Source of the DNA: Rubripirellula sp.
GTDB lineage: Bacteria; Planctomycetota; Planctomycetia; Pirellulales; Pirellulaceae
Length of the DNA stretch: 64,000 nt
Direction: 5' to 3'
Assembly (NCBI GenBank): GCA_965216875.1
Contig: OZ244207.1
Coordinates: 2,784,001 to 2,848,000 of the forward strand
A program made the translations under genes and the position numbers. This document shows positions 28,511 to 38,135 of this stretch, one piece after another (the first letter of the stretch is position 1; every line of letters starts with the position of its first letter). Below the pieces are notes generated by a model. The model worked only from the letters and a program-made list of their open reading frames with translations, was not told the origin of the DNA and did no database searches.

Positions 28511-28675
28511 GATCGCTAGCAACCACGGTAGCCAGGTAGCAGCCGATTTGTCACGTCATCCATATCGTCAACACTAACCGTCAATCTTGAAACAAACGGC
28601 ACAACTCGCAAAACAGTGCGAAATAGTCCGCTTGAGAGCTCTCCCATAGCACCAATCCTCCCTGATTTAACAGGT

Positions 28676-28860
28676 TCGAGCCCGTAGCTACGGCGAGTCG
28701 AGCCCGTAGGCCGGATCAAGGAGCGACAGCGACGCAGATCCGGCAGCACCGTACCGCGTAGCTACCTTCCCCAATCTTCGTAGCTACCTTCGCCAGAAGG
28801 TGGATGTCTGGTCTGGCCCCTCTCCACCACCCCACGCTCTGGCGAGCGTAGCTAGCTACG
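28676..28860. repeat. REP cluster: collapsed A site, family C copy, partial A and complete A
   Basis: CCGTAGCTACGG at 28682-28693; C at 28706-28745; CGTAGCTACCTTC at 28757-28769; A at 28779-28860. Confidence 0.9.
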
Positions 28861-28870
28861 GCAATCCGTC

Positions 28871-29329
28871 TCAAACCGACTTCTCTTTGCGGGCCAATTC
28901 GATTTCTTCGAACGTGTACAACTTGCCCGTTCCAGCTCCGGGGCAGACCTCGCAGGTCTCTTTCCAGTCCTTTTTCTTGGTCACCGTCGAATCCCAGAAG
29001 GGCCAGGTTCGACACTGAATTGGACGCGAATGGTAGACCGTGCACTTACGAGTCTTTGGATCGAGCAGGATGCAGTCGCCGTCTGGATACTCGGTCAAAC
29101 TTCTGGAATTGCCAACTTGCCGGACGAACTTGCGTTCGAACGCTTCCACTTCCAGCCCCATCTCGTCCGCCATCGCATCGATTTCGGACTGCTCGACCCA
29201 GACATAACCGGGTTCGCCACTGCAACAGGCTCCGCACTGCGTGCACTCAAAACGGAGTCCCTCGCGGTACCAAGGTTTGGGCTTCTCGCTCTTGTCCTTC
29301 TTGGACTTCTTTTTATCTTTCCCGCTCAT
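28871..29329 (-). CDS. YkgJ-family (CxxCxxCC) cysteine-cluster protein
   Basis: FECTQCGACC, DCILLD, CTVYHSRPIQCRTWPFW, CPG. Confidence 0.9.
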   Translation of the reverse strand: MSGKDKKKSKKDKSEKPKPWYREGLRFECTQCGACCSGEPGYVWVEQSEIDAMADEMGLEVEAFERKFVRQVGNSRSLTEYPDGDCILLDPKTRKCTVYHSRPIQCRTWPFWDSTVTKKKDWKETCEVCPGAGTGKLYTFEEIELARKEKSV

Positions 29330-29331
29330 GC

Positions 29332-30489
29332 TCAATCGTCCACAACAAGTTCAGCAACAATACTCCGTAACGCATCGACGACCGCTTCGACCTCATCGTC
29401 GCTTGTGTCGATGCCGCAACTGATCCGCAATGTCCCGTCGGGGTCGCTACCGATACAACGGTGAATCAACGCCGCGCAGTGCAATCCCGCGCGTGTTTCA
29501 ATTCCGAATTCGACGTCAAGGATGGTGGCAAGGTCAATCACCGAAATCCCTTCCACTTTGAGACTTGCGATTGGCAGCGGCCCAGGCTGGCCAAGCAAAG
29601 TGACTCCCGGCAGATCAAGCAAGCCATCGCGCAACCGACTCGAAAGCACCATCAGCCGTTCATACTGCCCTCGATAATCACGCGTCTGACGCAGCGCCGC
29701 AAGTAATCCTGCACAGGCGGGGACGTTGAGATTTCCAGCTTCAAAGGAAGCTGGGTAGTCGTCAGGCATCTCAAGAGATTCCGAACGCGTTCCCGTACCA
29801 CCTTGAATCAAAGGCGTCAGGTCGGATTGGACCGCTTTGCCCGCATAGAGGAAGGCAGTGCCAAGTGGCCCGAGCGCCCCCTTGTGGCCGGGTGCGGCGA
29901 GGAGATCGATACCGCAACGAACATCGATGGGAAGGTATCCGAACGTTTGTGCCGCATCGCAAAGCAGTAGTGCCCGGTGTTCTTTCAGTGCATCGGCAAG
30001 CTGTTCAACGGGTTGAACCGCACCGGTCACGTTACTTGCGTGCGTGACCGCCACGAGTTTCGTCTCGGGCGACACAGCTTGCATCAATTGTCCGACATCC
30101 AGGTAGCCATTGGCGTCGACGTCGACCACATCCAACGAGATCCTCTCGCGCTGCTGAAGCGCAAAAAGTGGACGCAGCACGCTGTTGTGCTCCGCGGCCG
30201 TTGCAACAACGTGGTCCCCCTTTTGCAGCACTCCGTGAATGGCACTGTTGAGTGCAAGCGTTCCGCTGGCGTGAAGCGAGACCGTCCCCGCCTCTTCGGC
30301 GCCAATGTGCGTTGCGATCGCAGCACGCAATTGCGAGATGATCGAATTCGACTCGCCGGCCGAGCGGTAGATGCCTCGACCCGCGGCTGCGCCACAGGAG
30401 CGCGCGAATTGATCCATCGCGTCCAGCACAGCGTCAGGCTTTGGCCAAGACGTGGCTGCATGATCCAGATAGATGCGTTCGGCGGTCAC
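29332..30489 (-). CDS. Cysteine desulfurase-like PLP enzyme (aminotransferase class V)
   Basis: IYLDHAATSWPKP, EHNS, DAAQ, PGHK (PLP lysine), RAGLHCA (persulfide cysteine). Confidence 0.9.
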   Translation of the reverse strand: MTAERIYLDHAATSWPKPDAVLDAMDQFARSCGAAAGRGIYRSAGESNSIISQLRAAIATHIGAEEAGTVSLHASGTLALNSAIHGVLQKGDHVVATAAEHNSVLRPLFALQQRERISLDVVDVDANGYLDVGQLMQAVSPETKLVAVTHASNVTGAVQPVEQLADALKEHRALLLCDAAQTFGYLPIDVRCGIDLLAAPGHKGALGPLGTAFLYAGKAVQSDLTPLIQGGTGTRSESLEMPDDYPASFEAGNLNVPACAGLLAALRQTRDYRGQYERLMVLSSRLRDGLLDLPGVTLLGQPGPLPIASLKVEGISVIDLATILDVEFGIETRAGLHCAALIHRCIGSDPDGTLRISCGIDTSDDEVEAVVDALRSIVAELVVDD

Positions 30490-30501
30490 GACAAAACGAT
30501 C

Positions 30502-30963
30502 CTAGCTCGACGGTTCGTTCGTCGGGTGAACCCATTCCGTCGAGCCGTCTTCGAAGTGCTCTTTCTTCCAGATCGGGACATCCTTTTTGAGCGTGTCCAT
30601 GATCCATCGCAAGGCATCAAAGGTTTGCACACGGTGAGCGCTGCAACAACCGATCACGACACTCGCTTCGCCGATCGGTACTTCTCCCAATCGATGCACC
30701 ACTACAATCTGTTTGAGGTCAAATCGATCGAGAGCATCATGTGCCAGCTTTTCGAGCTCTTTCAAAGCCATGGCCTCGTGAGCTTCGTAAAAAAGCGTCT
30801 GCGTAATCTGGTCGCCCGTCGTGCGGCGCGTCACGCCGTGAAACCATCCCTGTGCGCCAACATCGGGATGACCGATCAACGACGCCAGCGCGCCAGCATC
30901 GATGGGCTCGTCGACCAGTTCAACGTGCGCGCGTTGTCCGGCGGCTAACTTCTTGTCGCTCAT
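30502..30963 (-). CDS. moaE: Molybdopterin synthase catalytic subunit
   Basis: FYEAHEAMA, VHRLG, SAHR, LKKDVPIWKKE. Confidence 0.93.
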   Translation of the reverse strand: MSDKKLAAGQRAHVELVDEPIDAGALASLIGHPDVGAQGWFHGVTRRTTGDQITQTLFYEAHEAMALKELEKLAHDALDRFDLKQIVVVHRLGEVPIGEASVVIGCCSAHRVQTFDALRWIMDTLKKDVPIWKKEHFEDGSTEWVHPTNEPSS

Positions 30964-31208
30964 CAGCCACCACTCACGGGAGGAATCAGCGCGAGTTCGT
31001 TCGTGTCGCTTACCGGGTCGCTGTTCGCTGCGTAGCTCGAGTCGATTGCGAGTCGGCAGGACGGCAAGAGATCAGCCACCTCGGGAAGGGCAGCCGCGAC
31101 CGCAGCAATCACGTCACTGGCAGCCGCTTTTTCCGGCAACTCGATGTCGATTGATTCACTGTCGGCAGCATCACGGAGCGCAGCAAAAAGGAGCACCGTC
31201 AACTTCAT
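30963..31208 (-). CDS. moaD: Molybdopterin synthase sulfur-carrier subunit
   Basis: VLLFAALRD start and C-terminal IPPVSGG; TGATG coupling to moaE. Confidence 0.92.
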   Translation of the reverse strand: MKLTVLLFAALRDAADSESIDIELPEKAAASDVIAAVAAALPEVADLLPSCRLAIDSSYAANSDPVSDTNELALIPPVSGG

Positions 31209-31222
31209 GGTCTGGTTTGGGT

Positions 31223-34204
31223 CTATTCCGAATCGTTGTCGAGAAGTTTTTCAACTTTGGGCATTCGACCGTAAGCATACGCCAGAAGCTTCAAAGGGTG
31301 CAGGGTCTGACGTCCCGAACCGTGCTCGATCTGCATTTTGCAGGCACTGCACTGAGTTGCCGCTCGTCCAACGGGCGCTGAACGCATTGCCGAAATCAGC
31401 GGCCAACCGATTCGCAAGCTGTTTCGGTAGTTCTTTTTCTGAAGCCCCCACGTTCCGGCCATCCCGGTACAACCAGCGTCGATTGGCTGAACTTCAAGAT
31501 CAGGTACCAACCCCATCAATCGGGGGCCAGCCGGCTGATCGTTCTCGAGGACTCTCAAGTGGCACGGTTGGTGATACGCCACCGACACGTCGACCGATTC
31601 AAAATCGAGACTCAACCGACCTTCATCGTGCAGGTGCACAAGAAACTCACATGCCTCGTGCGAGTTTTCCGCCACCAAGTGAGCATCTTCGTCATCGAGC
31701 AGGTTGGGATACTCATGCTTCAGACAGAGCACAGCGGCTGGTTCGGTCGCCAGAATCGTGTAGCCAGACCGCACGGCATCGGCAAGTAAGCGAACATTTC
31801 GACGTGCCACTCGTCGTGCACCGCGAAGGTCCCCAGACGAAATGCGGGCCATCCCACTCATCGTTTGCCCAGCGGGGACGTAGATGCCGATTCCATTCTG
31901 TTGCAACACCTCGGCCAGCGCCCGACCGATGTCAGGATCGTGGTAGTTGGCGTAGTGATCGACAAAGTACGCAATCTTCAGTCCACCATGCGGACTTGGT
32001 TTGGTCCATCGGCGTCTCGATGCATGGCGAAGGAACGTTTCCGAAACAAGGGGCGGGAGCTCTCTCGCAGCCGAAAGGCCAAACAAACTCTCGGCGATCC
32101 AACGCGTGAAACCGTTTCGAATGAAGAAGTTCGACAGAAACGGCAATCGCGAAGCCACGGCCGCAACAGAATCAATGCGGCCTAACAAAATGTCTGAGAG
32201 CGGCAGCCCGTTGGTCGCAACAAACTGCGCCTTCAACTCGCCGACCACTTTGGGAATGTCAACCGAAGCAGGACATTCGGCGCGACACTGATGACAATTG
32301 AAACAGAGGTCCGCAATCTCCTTGGCCTTTTCGTCGGCAAGGTCGTCGACATTGAGCTGACCACTCAGCACACCACGCAACAAGTTTGCTTTTGCGCGAG
32401 GTGATGCTTCTTCTTTGGGAATCGCTCGAAAAACTGGGCACTGCCGTTCACCCGACGCTGTCGCACGACAACGGGCGCAACCATTGCAGCTTCGAGCCAC
32501 CGTTGCGACCGATGCGCCCGCTTGCCAATGTTGAAGCACTTCCAATTGCGGAACTGACCGTCCTTCGGCGCGAGCCGATTCCACGATCGGCTTGTCGGGC
32601 TCAATCAGCACGCGATTATCAGAAGTGACCTCGATCGTTTGGTCCGCAGGGCGAAGGTTTTCGTTCGGCTTTTGCAGCGTCGCGCCAAACAGTTTTCCCG
32701 GGTTCAAGCGGTGAAAGGGATCAAACAACCGTTTGACTTGCCCCATCGCTGGCCACAACGCGCCGAATTGGCGAGGCAGCAGGTACGATCGGCTTAGCCC
32801 AGCGGCGTGCTCCACACTCACCTCGCCACCGTGGTCCCAAACAACTTCGGCGATCTGCTGGGAAAGTTCGACCAAACGTTCTCGATCGTTGGTGTTGCCC
32901 AGATTCAGAAAGGGCCGCAGATGAAGCTGGCCATGACCAGCGTGCGCAAACAAAGTGGCCGTTGCTTGATTGCGTTGCAGCGTTTCTTGAATCGCCGTCA
33001 GCACATCGGGGAGCTGATGCGGCGGCACCGATAGATCTTCGGTGAAAGGCAATGGGGCTTCGTTGCCACGAAAACGGTGCAGACGTGGGATGACGCGACG
33101 CGAAAGTGCCCAATACTTGTCCCGTTCCTCTTGTCGCACGGTATCAATCGACGCGAACGCGCCGTCCGGACCGCCAGCGAGTTCTTGTTGTATGATCGCC
33201 AAACGATCGTAAAGGTCCCCAAGCGATTCGCCCTGGATCTCCACCAACAGCATCGCTTCCGCTTCGACAGGCAATAGCTTCGCGAAATCTTGATCCGTGT
33301 CACGCGCGATCTGAAGCAAACGTCGATCCATCAAGTCGCATGCCACCAAGCCATGGTTGAGTGCCGCGACGGCGCTGCGCGCAGCCGAATCAAGACGATG
33401 GAAAAAGAGAAGCACGACGCCGCGGTGTGCCGGTATCGCTTCGGTTCGAACCTTGGCATCGACGAGCACGGCAAGGGTGCCCTGAGTCCCAACCATGAAA
33501 CGTGCGAGGTCGACCTTGCCTGAGTCGCTAACAACATCGTCCAGCCGATAGCCGCCGCGTGACTTGGGTGCCGCTGCCCGCGCCGAGATCTGCTCGCGAT
33601 ATTGATGATGAATCTCGGCGATCCCTCGAGCCAATCGGCCCGTGGTTCCCTCTTCATCTTTTGAGTGCACGCCTAGCTCGAGCAGTTCGCCATCGAAGGT
33701 GACGACCCGCATCGATTCGATCGTGTCACGAGCGGCGCCGCTGCGCAGATAATGGCTGCCCGAAGCGTTCGTCGACAGGACACCGCCCATCGTGGTGATG
33801 CTTCGTGTGACCGGATCAGGACCAAACCACCGTCCCAACGGTCGTAGCATCCGGTTGACCGAAGCAAGCGCTGCACCGCTTTGGACGGTCACGTGGTTGC
33901 CATCGGGCTCGACGGAGATCCGACGCATGTAGCGCGAGAAATCGAGAATCAGCCCGCTGCCGAGCGATTCGCCTGCGACGCCACTGCCGGCCCCGCGAGG
34001 ATGAAGGGCGATCTCGTGCTCTGCCGCGTACTGGGCTGTCGCGATCACATCGGCAACCGTTCGCGGCCGGACCACGCCCAGTGGTTTGATCTGATAGATG
34101 CTCGCGTCGGAGGCGTACAGCTGAGAAACGAAGGGATCGCACAGCACATCGCCGCCGACGATCCCCCGCAAGTCATCTTGTACGCGTTGACGCTCAATAT
34201 CCAT
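31223..34204 (-). CDS. FAD-linked oxidase fused to 4Fe-4S and CCG-like domains (YdiJ / GlcD-GlpC type)
   Basis: YASDASIY, RGAGSG, HAGHGQLHLRP, LNPGK; CNGCARC and CFNCHQCRAECP; HQPCH, GCTGMAG, CSACKMQ. Confidence 0.9.
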   Translation of the reverse strand: MDIERQRVQDDLRGIVGGDVLCDPFVSQLYASDASIYQIKPLGVVRPRTVADVIATAQYAAEHEIALHPRGAGSGVAGESLGSGLILDFSRYMRRISVEPDGNHVTVQSGAALASVNRMLRPLGRWFGPDPVTRSITTMGGVLSTNASGSHYLRSGAARDTIESMRVVTFDGELLELGVHSKDEEGTTGRLARGIAEIHHQYREQISARAAAPKSRGGYRLDDVVSDSGKVDLARFMVGTQGTLAVLVDAKVRTEAIPAHRGVVLLFFHRLDSAARSAVAALNHGLVACDLMDRRLLQIARDTDQDFAKLLPVEAEAMLLVEIQGESLGDLYDRLAIIQQELAGGPDGAFASIDTVRQEERDKYWALSRRVIPRLHRFRGNEAPLPFTEDLSVPPHQLPDVLTAIQETLQRNQATATLFAHAGHGQLHLRPFLNLGNTNDRERLVELSQQIAEVVWDHGGEVSVEHAAGLSRSYLLPRQFGALWPAMGQVKRLFDPFHRLNPGKLFGATLQKPNENLRPADQTIEVTSDNRVLIEPDKPIVESARAEGRSVPQLEVLQHWQAGASVATVARSCNGCARCRATASGERQCPVFRAIPKEEASPRAKANLLRGVLSGQLNVDDLADEKAKEIADLCFNCHQCRAECPASVDIPKVVGELKAQFVATNGLPLSDILLGRIDSVAAVASRLPFLSNFFIRNGFTRWIAESLFGLSAARELPPLVSETFLRHASRRRWTKPSPHGGLKIAYFVDHYANYHDPDIGRALAEVLQQNGIGIYVPAGQTMSGMARISSGDLRGARRVARRNVRLLADAVRSGYTILATEPAAVLCLKHEYPNLLDDEDAHLVAENSHEACEFLVHLHDEGRLSLDFESVDVSVAYHQPCHLRVLENDQPAGPRLMGLVPDLEVQPIDAGCTGMAGTWGLQKKNYRNSLRIGWPLISAMRSAPVGRAATQCSACKMQIEHGSGRQTLHPLKLLAYAYGRMPKVEKLLDNDSE

Positions 34205-34305
34205 GCGGTCTATTTCGATCGCTGGACAACGGTTGCGTCAAGCTAGGGAGGCGAAAAGTTGCACCAAAAAGACAAACTCGCCCCATACGACCGGTTTCCC
34301 TCTCC

Positions 34306-34423
34306 GTAGGTCATGCTCCGCAGGACGTGTTGTCGGGGTTTGTGGCCCGTCGGGTGATCGCAAACAGTCCGCTTTCGGAATTCTGCCGGATCAGCGTCGC
34401 TGTCGCTCCTTGATCCGGCCTAC
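34306..34423. repeat. Mixed REP pair: family D (left) plus family C (right, inverted)
   Basis: GTAGGTCATGCTCCGCAGGAC at 34306-34326; TGCCGGATCAGCGTCGCTGTCGCTCCTTGATCCGGCCTAC at 34384-34423. Confidence 0.85.
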
Positions 34424-34438
34424 TCGCGGAAGCAGAGC

Positions 34439-35146
34439 CTAGGCTCCGCGGTTGATCAGGCCAAGGACCTCGGCACGCGACTTGGGGTCGTCCTTGAAAG
34501 CTCCACGCATTGCGCTGGTCAAGCAAAGGCTGCCGGGCTTTCTCACGCCTCGCATCGTCATGCAGCTATGCGTCGATTCGACAATCACGGCGACGCCGCG
34601 GGCGGAGAGTCGCTCCTCGATTAGGTTCGCGACCGTGTGCGTCATTCGCTCTTGAACTTGTGGGCGGCGCGCCACCTCTTCGACTACCCGCGCAAGCTTG
34701 CTCAACCCAACCACCTTGCCCTTGGGCAAGTAGGCGATGTGTGCGTGACCAGTGAACGGCAATAGGTGGTGTTCGCACATGCTGCAGAAACTGATGTCGC
34801 GAACAAGCACAATCTCGTCGTACTCCTCGGTAAACACCTTTGCCAAGTGACGACCGGGATCGGAGTGAAGGCCGGCGAACATCTCGGCATACATGCGAGC
34901 CACACGACCGGGTGTTTCCAGCAGTCCTTCACGGTCCGGATCCTCGCCCACCGCATCGAGGATGACACGAACTGCCCCCTCGATTCGCTTGAGATCGACC
35001 CCTTCGCCACGAGGCTCATTCTTGTCGACATACAGGGGTGGCTGGAGATCGGAACAAGCAGATTGCCCATTGCCGCCGCCGCAGGAGGATCGGTCTGAGA
35101 TTTGATCGGTCAAGGAAGATTCCGGATGGCTAGCGTCCAAATGCAT
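34439..35146 (-). CDS. folE: GTP cyclohydrolase I
   Basis: [49 protein letters not shown]. Confidence 0.97.
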   Translation of the reverse strand: MHLDASHPESSLTDQISDRSSCGGGNGQSACSDLQPPLYVDKNEPRGEGVDLKRIEGAVRVILDAVGEDPDREGLLETPGRVARMYAEMFAGLHSDPGRHLAKVFTEEYDEIVLVRDISFCSMCEHHLLPFTGHAHIAYLPKGKVVGLSKLARVVEEVARRPQVQERMTHTVANLIEERLSARGVAVIVESTHSCMTMRGVRKPGSLCLTSAMRGAFKDDPKSRAEVLGLINRGA

Positions 35147-35268
35147 GATTTCGCTCTGTGGGGCCTATCGTAACAGCTGAAGTGACAGATCGTACATGGC
35201 CGACAAGTCTGCCAGACAACAGATCCCTCAAGTTCGATGGGCACCGCTGGTCGCACCTTCCAACCCTG

Positions 35269-36012
35269 CTAGTTCAGGCTGAATGGCGGTGGAAATCGCC
35301 CCTCATCCTGCTGCGGTTCTTCGGGAGCCGAAGGTTGTGGGTCGATCGAGACGCTTTCAAGCTCGATCTTCCCGCTCCCCAAAAGGTCAATCAGATCCCG
35401 CGCTCGCTGATCCACGTCGGGCTGACCGAGCAGCTGCAATTTTGCGTCGACTTCGAAGGGCAGGGTGTAGGAGATGATGTCGGTGATTGGGCCCAATCCC
35501 ATCTGGCCCGCCATCAATTCGTGCAAGTTTTGCTGAACCGTCGCGCTGGCAGGGATCAGAGCTCCAAACGCCTCGAGTAGCTCTGTCTTGAGCGTGAGGC
35601 GTTGTTCGGCGCCCGAGGGCGGGTAGACGTCCGCATCGATCTCGACCTCGGCAATTCGAAACGGCCGAGACGCATCGAGTTCGCGGATGATCCGCGCCCG
35701 AGTCATGCCAACAAGCAGGATGTTGTGCTTGTCGTCCTCGAGCTCGGAGTGAGAAATGATCTTACCGATACAAACCGTCGACGCGATCGGTGGCGGTTGG
35801 TTGGTCGCGAGCGTGATCCCTCCGGTAAGCGTCGCCATCGCAATCAGCTTGTCGCTCTCAAGTGATTCGGCCAGCATTTCACAATAGCGTGGCTCGAAAA
35901 TGTGTAGCGGCTGCATCGAATGGGGAAAGACGACGAGCTCTGGAAGGGGAAAGAGCCGTACTCGCCCGTCAAAGTCGTCGGGCAGCTTCGTTACGTCGTC
36001 CAAATGGTGCAT
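35269..36012 (-). CDS. LON peptidase substrate-binding domain protein
   Basis: RLFPLPELVVFPHSMQPLHIFEPRY; no AAA or protease domain. Alternative start 36057. Confidence 0.9.
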   Translation of the reverse strand: MHHLDDVTKLPDDFDGRVRLFPLPELVVFPHSMQPLHIFEPRYCEMLAESLESDKLIAMATLTGGITLATNQPPPIASTVCIGKIISHSELEDDKHNILLVGMTRARIIRELDASRPFRIAEVEIDADVYPPSGAEQRLTLKTELLEAFGALIPASATVQQNLHELMAGQMGLGPITDIISYTLPFEVDAKLQLLGQPDVDQRARDLIDLLGSGKIELESVSIDPQPSAPEEPQQDEGRFPPPFSLN

Positions 36013-36167
36013 CAGATTCAGGTCACCCCGATGCAGTGCTTTCGGGCAGTAGCTCAAACCATGGTCATGGCTCGAGAGAAAAGGTTTCGTCTTTGCTGGA
36101 GACAGGCTCCAGCATCATTTTTTTCGCCAGTTCAATCTTTGGCAGTCCAACCGTTGCAAATCCCCAA

Positions 36168-36932
36168 TCAGTCGTCGCTGGCAAAGATCATCAGAATTCG
36201 CAGGACGTACCAGAACAACAGCACGACCGACGAGAACAACGCGAGTGCAGCTGCGACGTGTTGGTCCGTGCGGTAATGCCGCATGATGTTCGAGGTGTCG
36301 TACAGGATGTAGCCACAGGCAAGCCCGACCATGATCGCCGAGAAACCGAGGCCAAACATCGAACTGAATCCGGTAATAATCCCCGCAACAATCGCGCACA
36401 TCGCCAAGATGCCGGCAAGCGCCAAGTATTTACCCCAGCTTGTCAGGTCGACCTTGGTGACAAAGACAAAGGCGGTGAGCCCGATAAAACACATTCCAGT
36501 GATCACCCCGGCCAAGATTGGCAACTCGGGAGCGTTCATGAATCGCACGCAGATGTAGAGCATTGGAAGCAGAATCACCGCTTCCGCGAGGACATAAAGC
36601 CCAAGCCCGGCATACTGCACCGCAGGGGATGTGTCGCTGTGAGCCCACATGCGTGCCATCCAAGAAACGCCCATAAATGCGCCGAGCACGATCAACCAAC
36701 CAAAACCACTCGTCATGCGAATCGTCAGGGCGGTCATCGTTTCGTGAGGGACGACCGTCAGCAGAATCGCCTCAATCACAATCAAGGCGAGCACAGCACC
36801 TGTCATTGTGGCGTAAGTGCGGCGAATGAAGCTCGTTCGCGCCGAGTCTTCCGCGGTGTAGGCGACGTCCGCGACGGTCGCCGTTACGGCAAATGGGTTG
36901 TCTTGGTCTACGTGTCCGTTGGGATTGCGCAT
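36168..36932 (-). CDS. Bax inhibitor-1/YccA family membrane protein
   Basis: FIRRTY start, seven TM helices, YILYDTSNI...AALALF. Confidence 0.9.
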   Translation of the reverse strand: MRNPNGHVDQDNPFAVTATVADVAYTAEDSARTSFIRRTYATMTGAVLALIVIEAILLTVVPHETMTALTIRMTSGFGWLIVLGAFMGVSWMARMWAHSDTSPAVQYAGLGLYVLAEAVILLPMLYICVRFMNAPELPILAGVITGMCFIGLTAFVFVTKVDLTSWGKYLALAGILAMCAIVAGIITGFSSMFGLGFSAIMVGLACGYILYDTSNIMRHYRTDQHVAAALALFSSVVLLFWYVLRILMIFASDD

Positions 36933-37203
36933 CGGCGACTCTCACCCCTCTCTTCTTGGTTGGTTCGAATACCTCTGACAAATATACCGCGCGGATGTGT
37001 CAAGGTGTGAGAGGAAATCATTGACGGACCGTCGATCGTCTTCAACAATTACAGTCGCCCCTGGAGGGCCACTATCGGTCCCGGTGGTGAATCGATTGTG
37101 GCCTTGATGAAGATTTCGACAATTTTGTCGCCAATCGCCTCATCAGCGTCCCTCGTTCACAGCACCAACCCTCTCTTGCTTTTCTAGTCTCGCGGATTCC
37201 AAC

Positions 37204-37800
37204 ATGCTCCTGTCCGGTGAAGAGATTCGTCAGCGTCTGAACAACGAATTGCTGATCGATCCATTCGACCCCGAGCGATTGAATCCCAACAGCTACAACC
37301 TGGCGCTGCACAACGAATTACTCGTCTACGAGGAAGTCGTTCTCGATGCAGCTTCGCCCAACCGGTACCGCCGGATCGAGATTCCCCCCGATGGTCTGAC
37401 GCTCCAGCCCAACATGCTTTACCTGGGCCGGACGGTCGAACACACCGAAACACACGAATTGGTTCCGATGATCCAGGGCCGCAGCTCGCTCGGCCGGCTC
37501 GGTCTGTTCATCAACCCAGGCGGCAGCATCGGTGACTGCGGCTACTGCGGTACGTGGACGCTCGAAATGCACTGCGTCCAACCGGTCCGCATCTATCCGA
37601 ACATGCAGATCTGCCAGATCTACTACATGCAACTCGCCGGCAAGTGTGCTGAGTATTGCAGCGACAAGTATCAAAACAGTCGCGACATTCAACCGAGCCT
37701 GATGTACCGCGAACTCGGTGGTGACGTCGGCGATGTTCAACTCGAACTCTCGTTCGAAGAATTGCTCCACGAAGCAAGCCGCGGCTCATCGGTCTCGTAG
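37204..37800 (+). CDS. dcd: dCTP deaminase-like protein (divergent)
   Basis: MLLSGEEI, LNPNSYNL, GRSSLGRLGL, WTLEM, ICQI, KYQ. Confidence 0.82.
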   Translation: MLLSGEEIRQRLNNELLIDPFDPERLNPNSYNLALHNELLVYEEVVLDAASPNRYRRIEIPPDGLTLQPNMLYLGRTVEHTETHELVPMIQGRSSLGRLGLFINPGGSIGDCGYCGTWTLEMHCVQPVRIYPNMQICQIYYMQLAGKCAEYCSDKYQNSRDIQPSLMYRELGGDVGDVQLELSFEELLHEASRGSSVS

Positions 37801-37938
37801 GTCATGCTGTGCATGACTGGTTCGTAGTACCGAGCTTTAGCCGGAATCTTCCGCCCAATGACGCGATCGCGTTTCTACCCACCTTCTGGCGACGGTAGGT
37901 ACGGCTTCTAAGGTGTCATGCACAGCATGACCTACGAG
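37794..37938. repeat. Perfect 24-bp inverted family D pair enclosing degenerate family E and family A arms
   Basis: CTCGTAGGTCATGCTGTGCATGAC at 37794-37817 and its reverse complement at 37915-37938. E-like at 37821-37847; A-like at 37879-37903. Confidence 0.9.
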
Positions 37939-38027
37939 CGCTGCGGATCAATCACCGAGCCTCCGCAGCCCTCCCTGTTCCGCATTTCCCGTACAACCGC
38001 GCCATCCATCGCCAGGGGCTGGTTTTG

Positions 38028-38056
38028 TTGAATCGCTCCCGCGACAGCGGTATCTT
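38028..38056 (+). promoter_or_regulatory. Putative sigma70 promoter
   Basis: TTGAAT-N17-TATCTT about 80 nt upstream of the GAF-HlyD gene. Confidence 0.5.
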
Positions 38057-38135
38057 CGACTGCTCAGCCGCAGGATGAGCTGACTAGGCTAGCTTGATTG
38101 ACCACCCATGACTTTCTCGAGCCCTGGCGATCGCT

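Noticed and set aside
28640..28700. tRNA-like GGTTCGAGCCC T-loop motif
   Set aside because: No acceptor, D or anticodon stems can be built; the motif is part of a 22-bp duplication in a REP cluster.
29977..32109. 323-aa and 321-aa plus-strand ORFs
   Set aside because: Antisense to well-supported desulfurase, moaE, moaD and oxidoreductase genes.
34205..34438. Moco riboswitch upstream of the moaD/moaE operon
   Set aside because: The hairpins are explained by REP families C and D, and I recognise no Moco motif. An Rfam scan was not run.
35862..37010. 382-aa plus-strand ORF
   Set aside because: Antisense shadow of the YccA and LON-domain genes.
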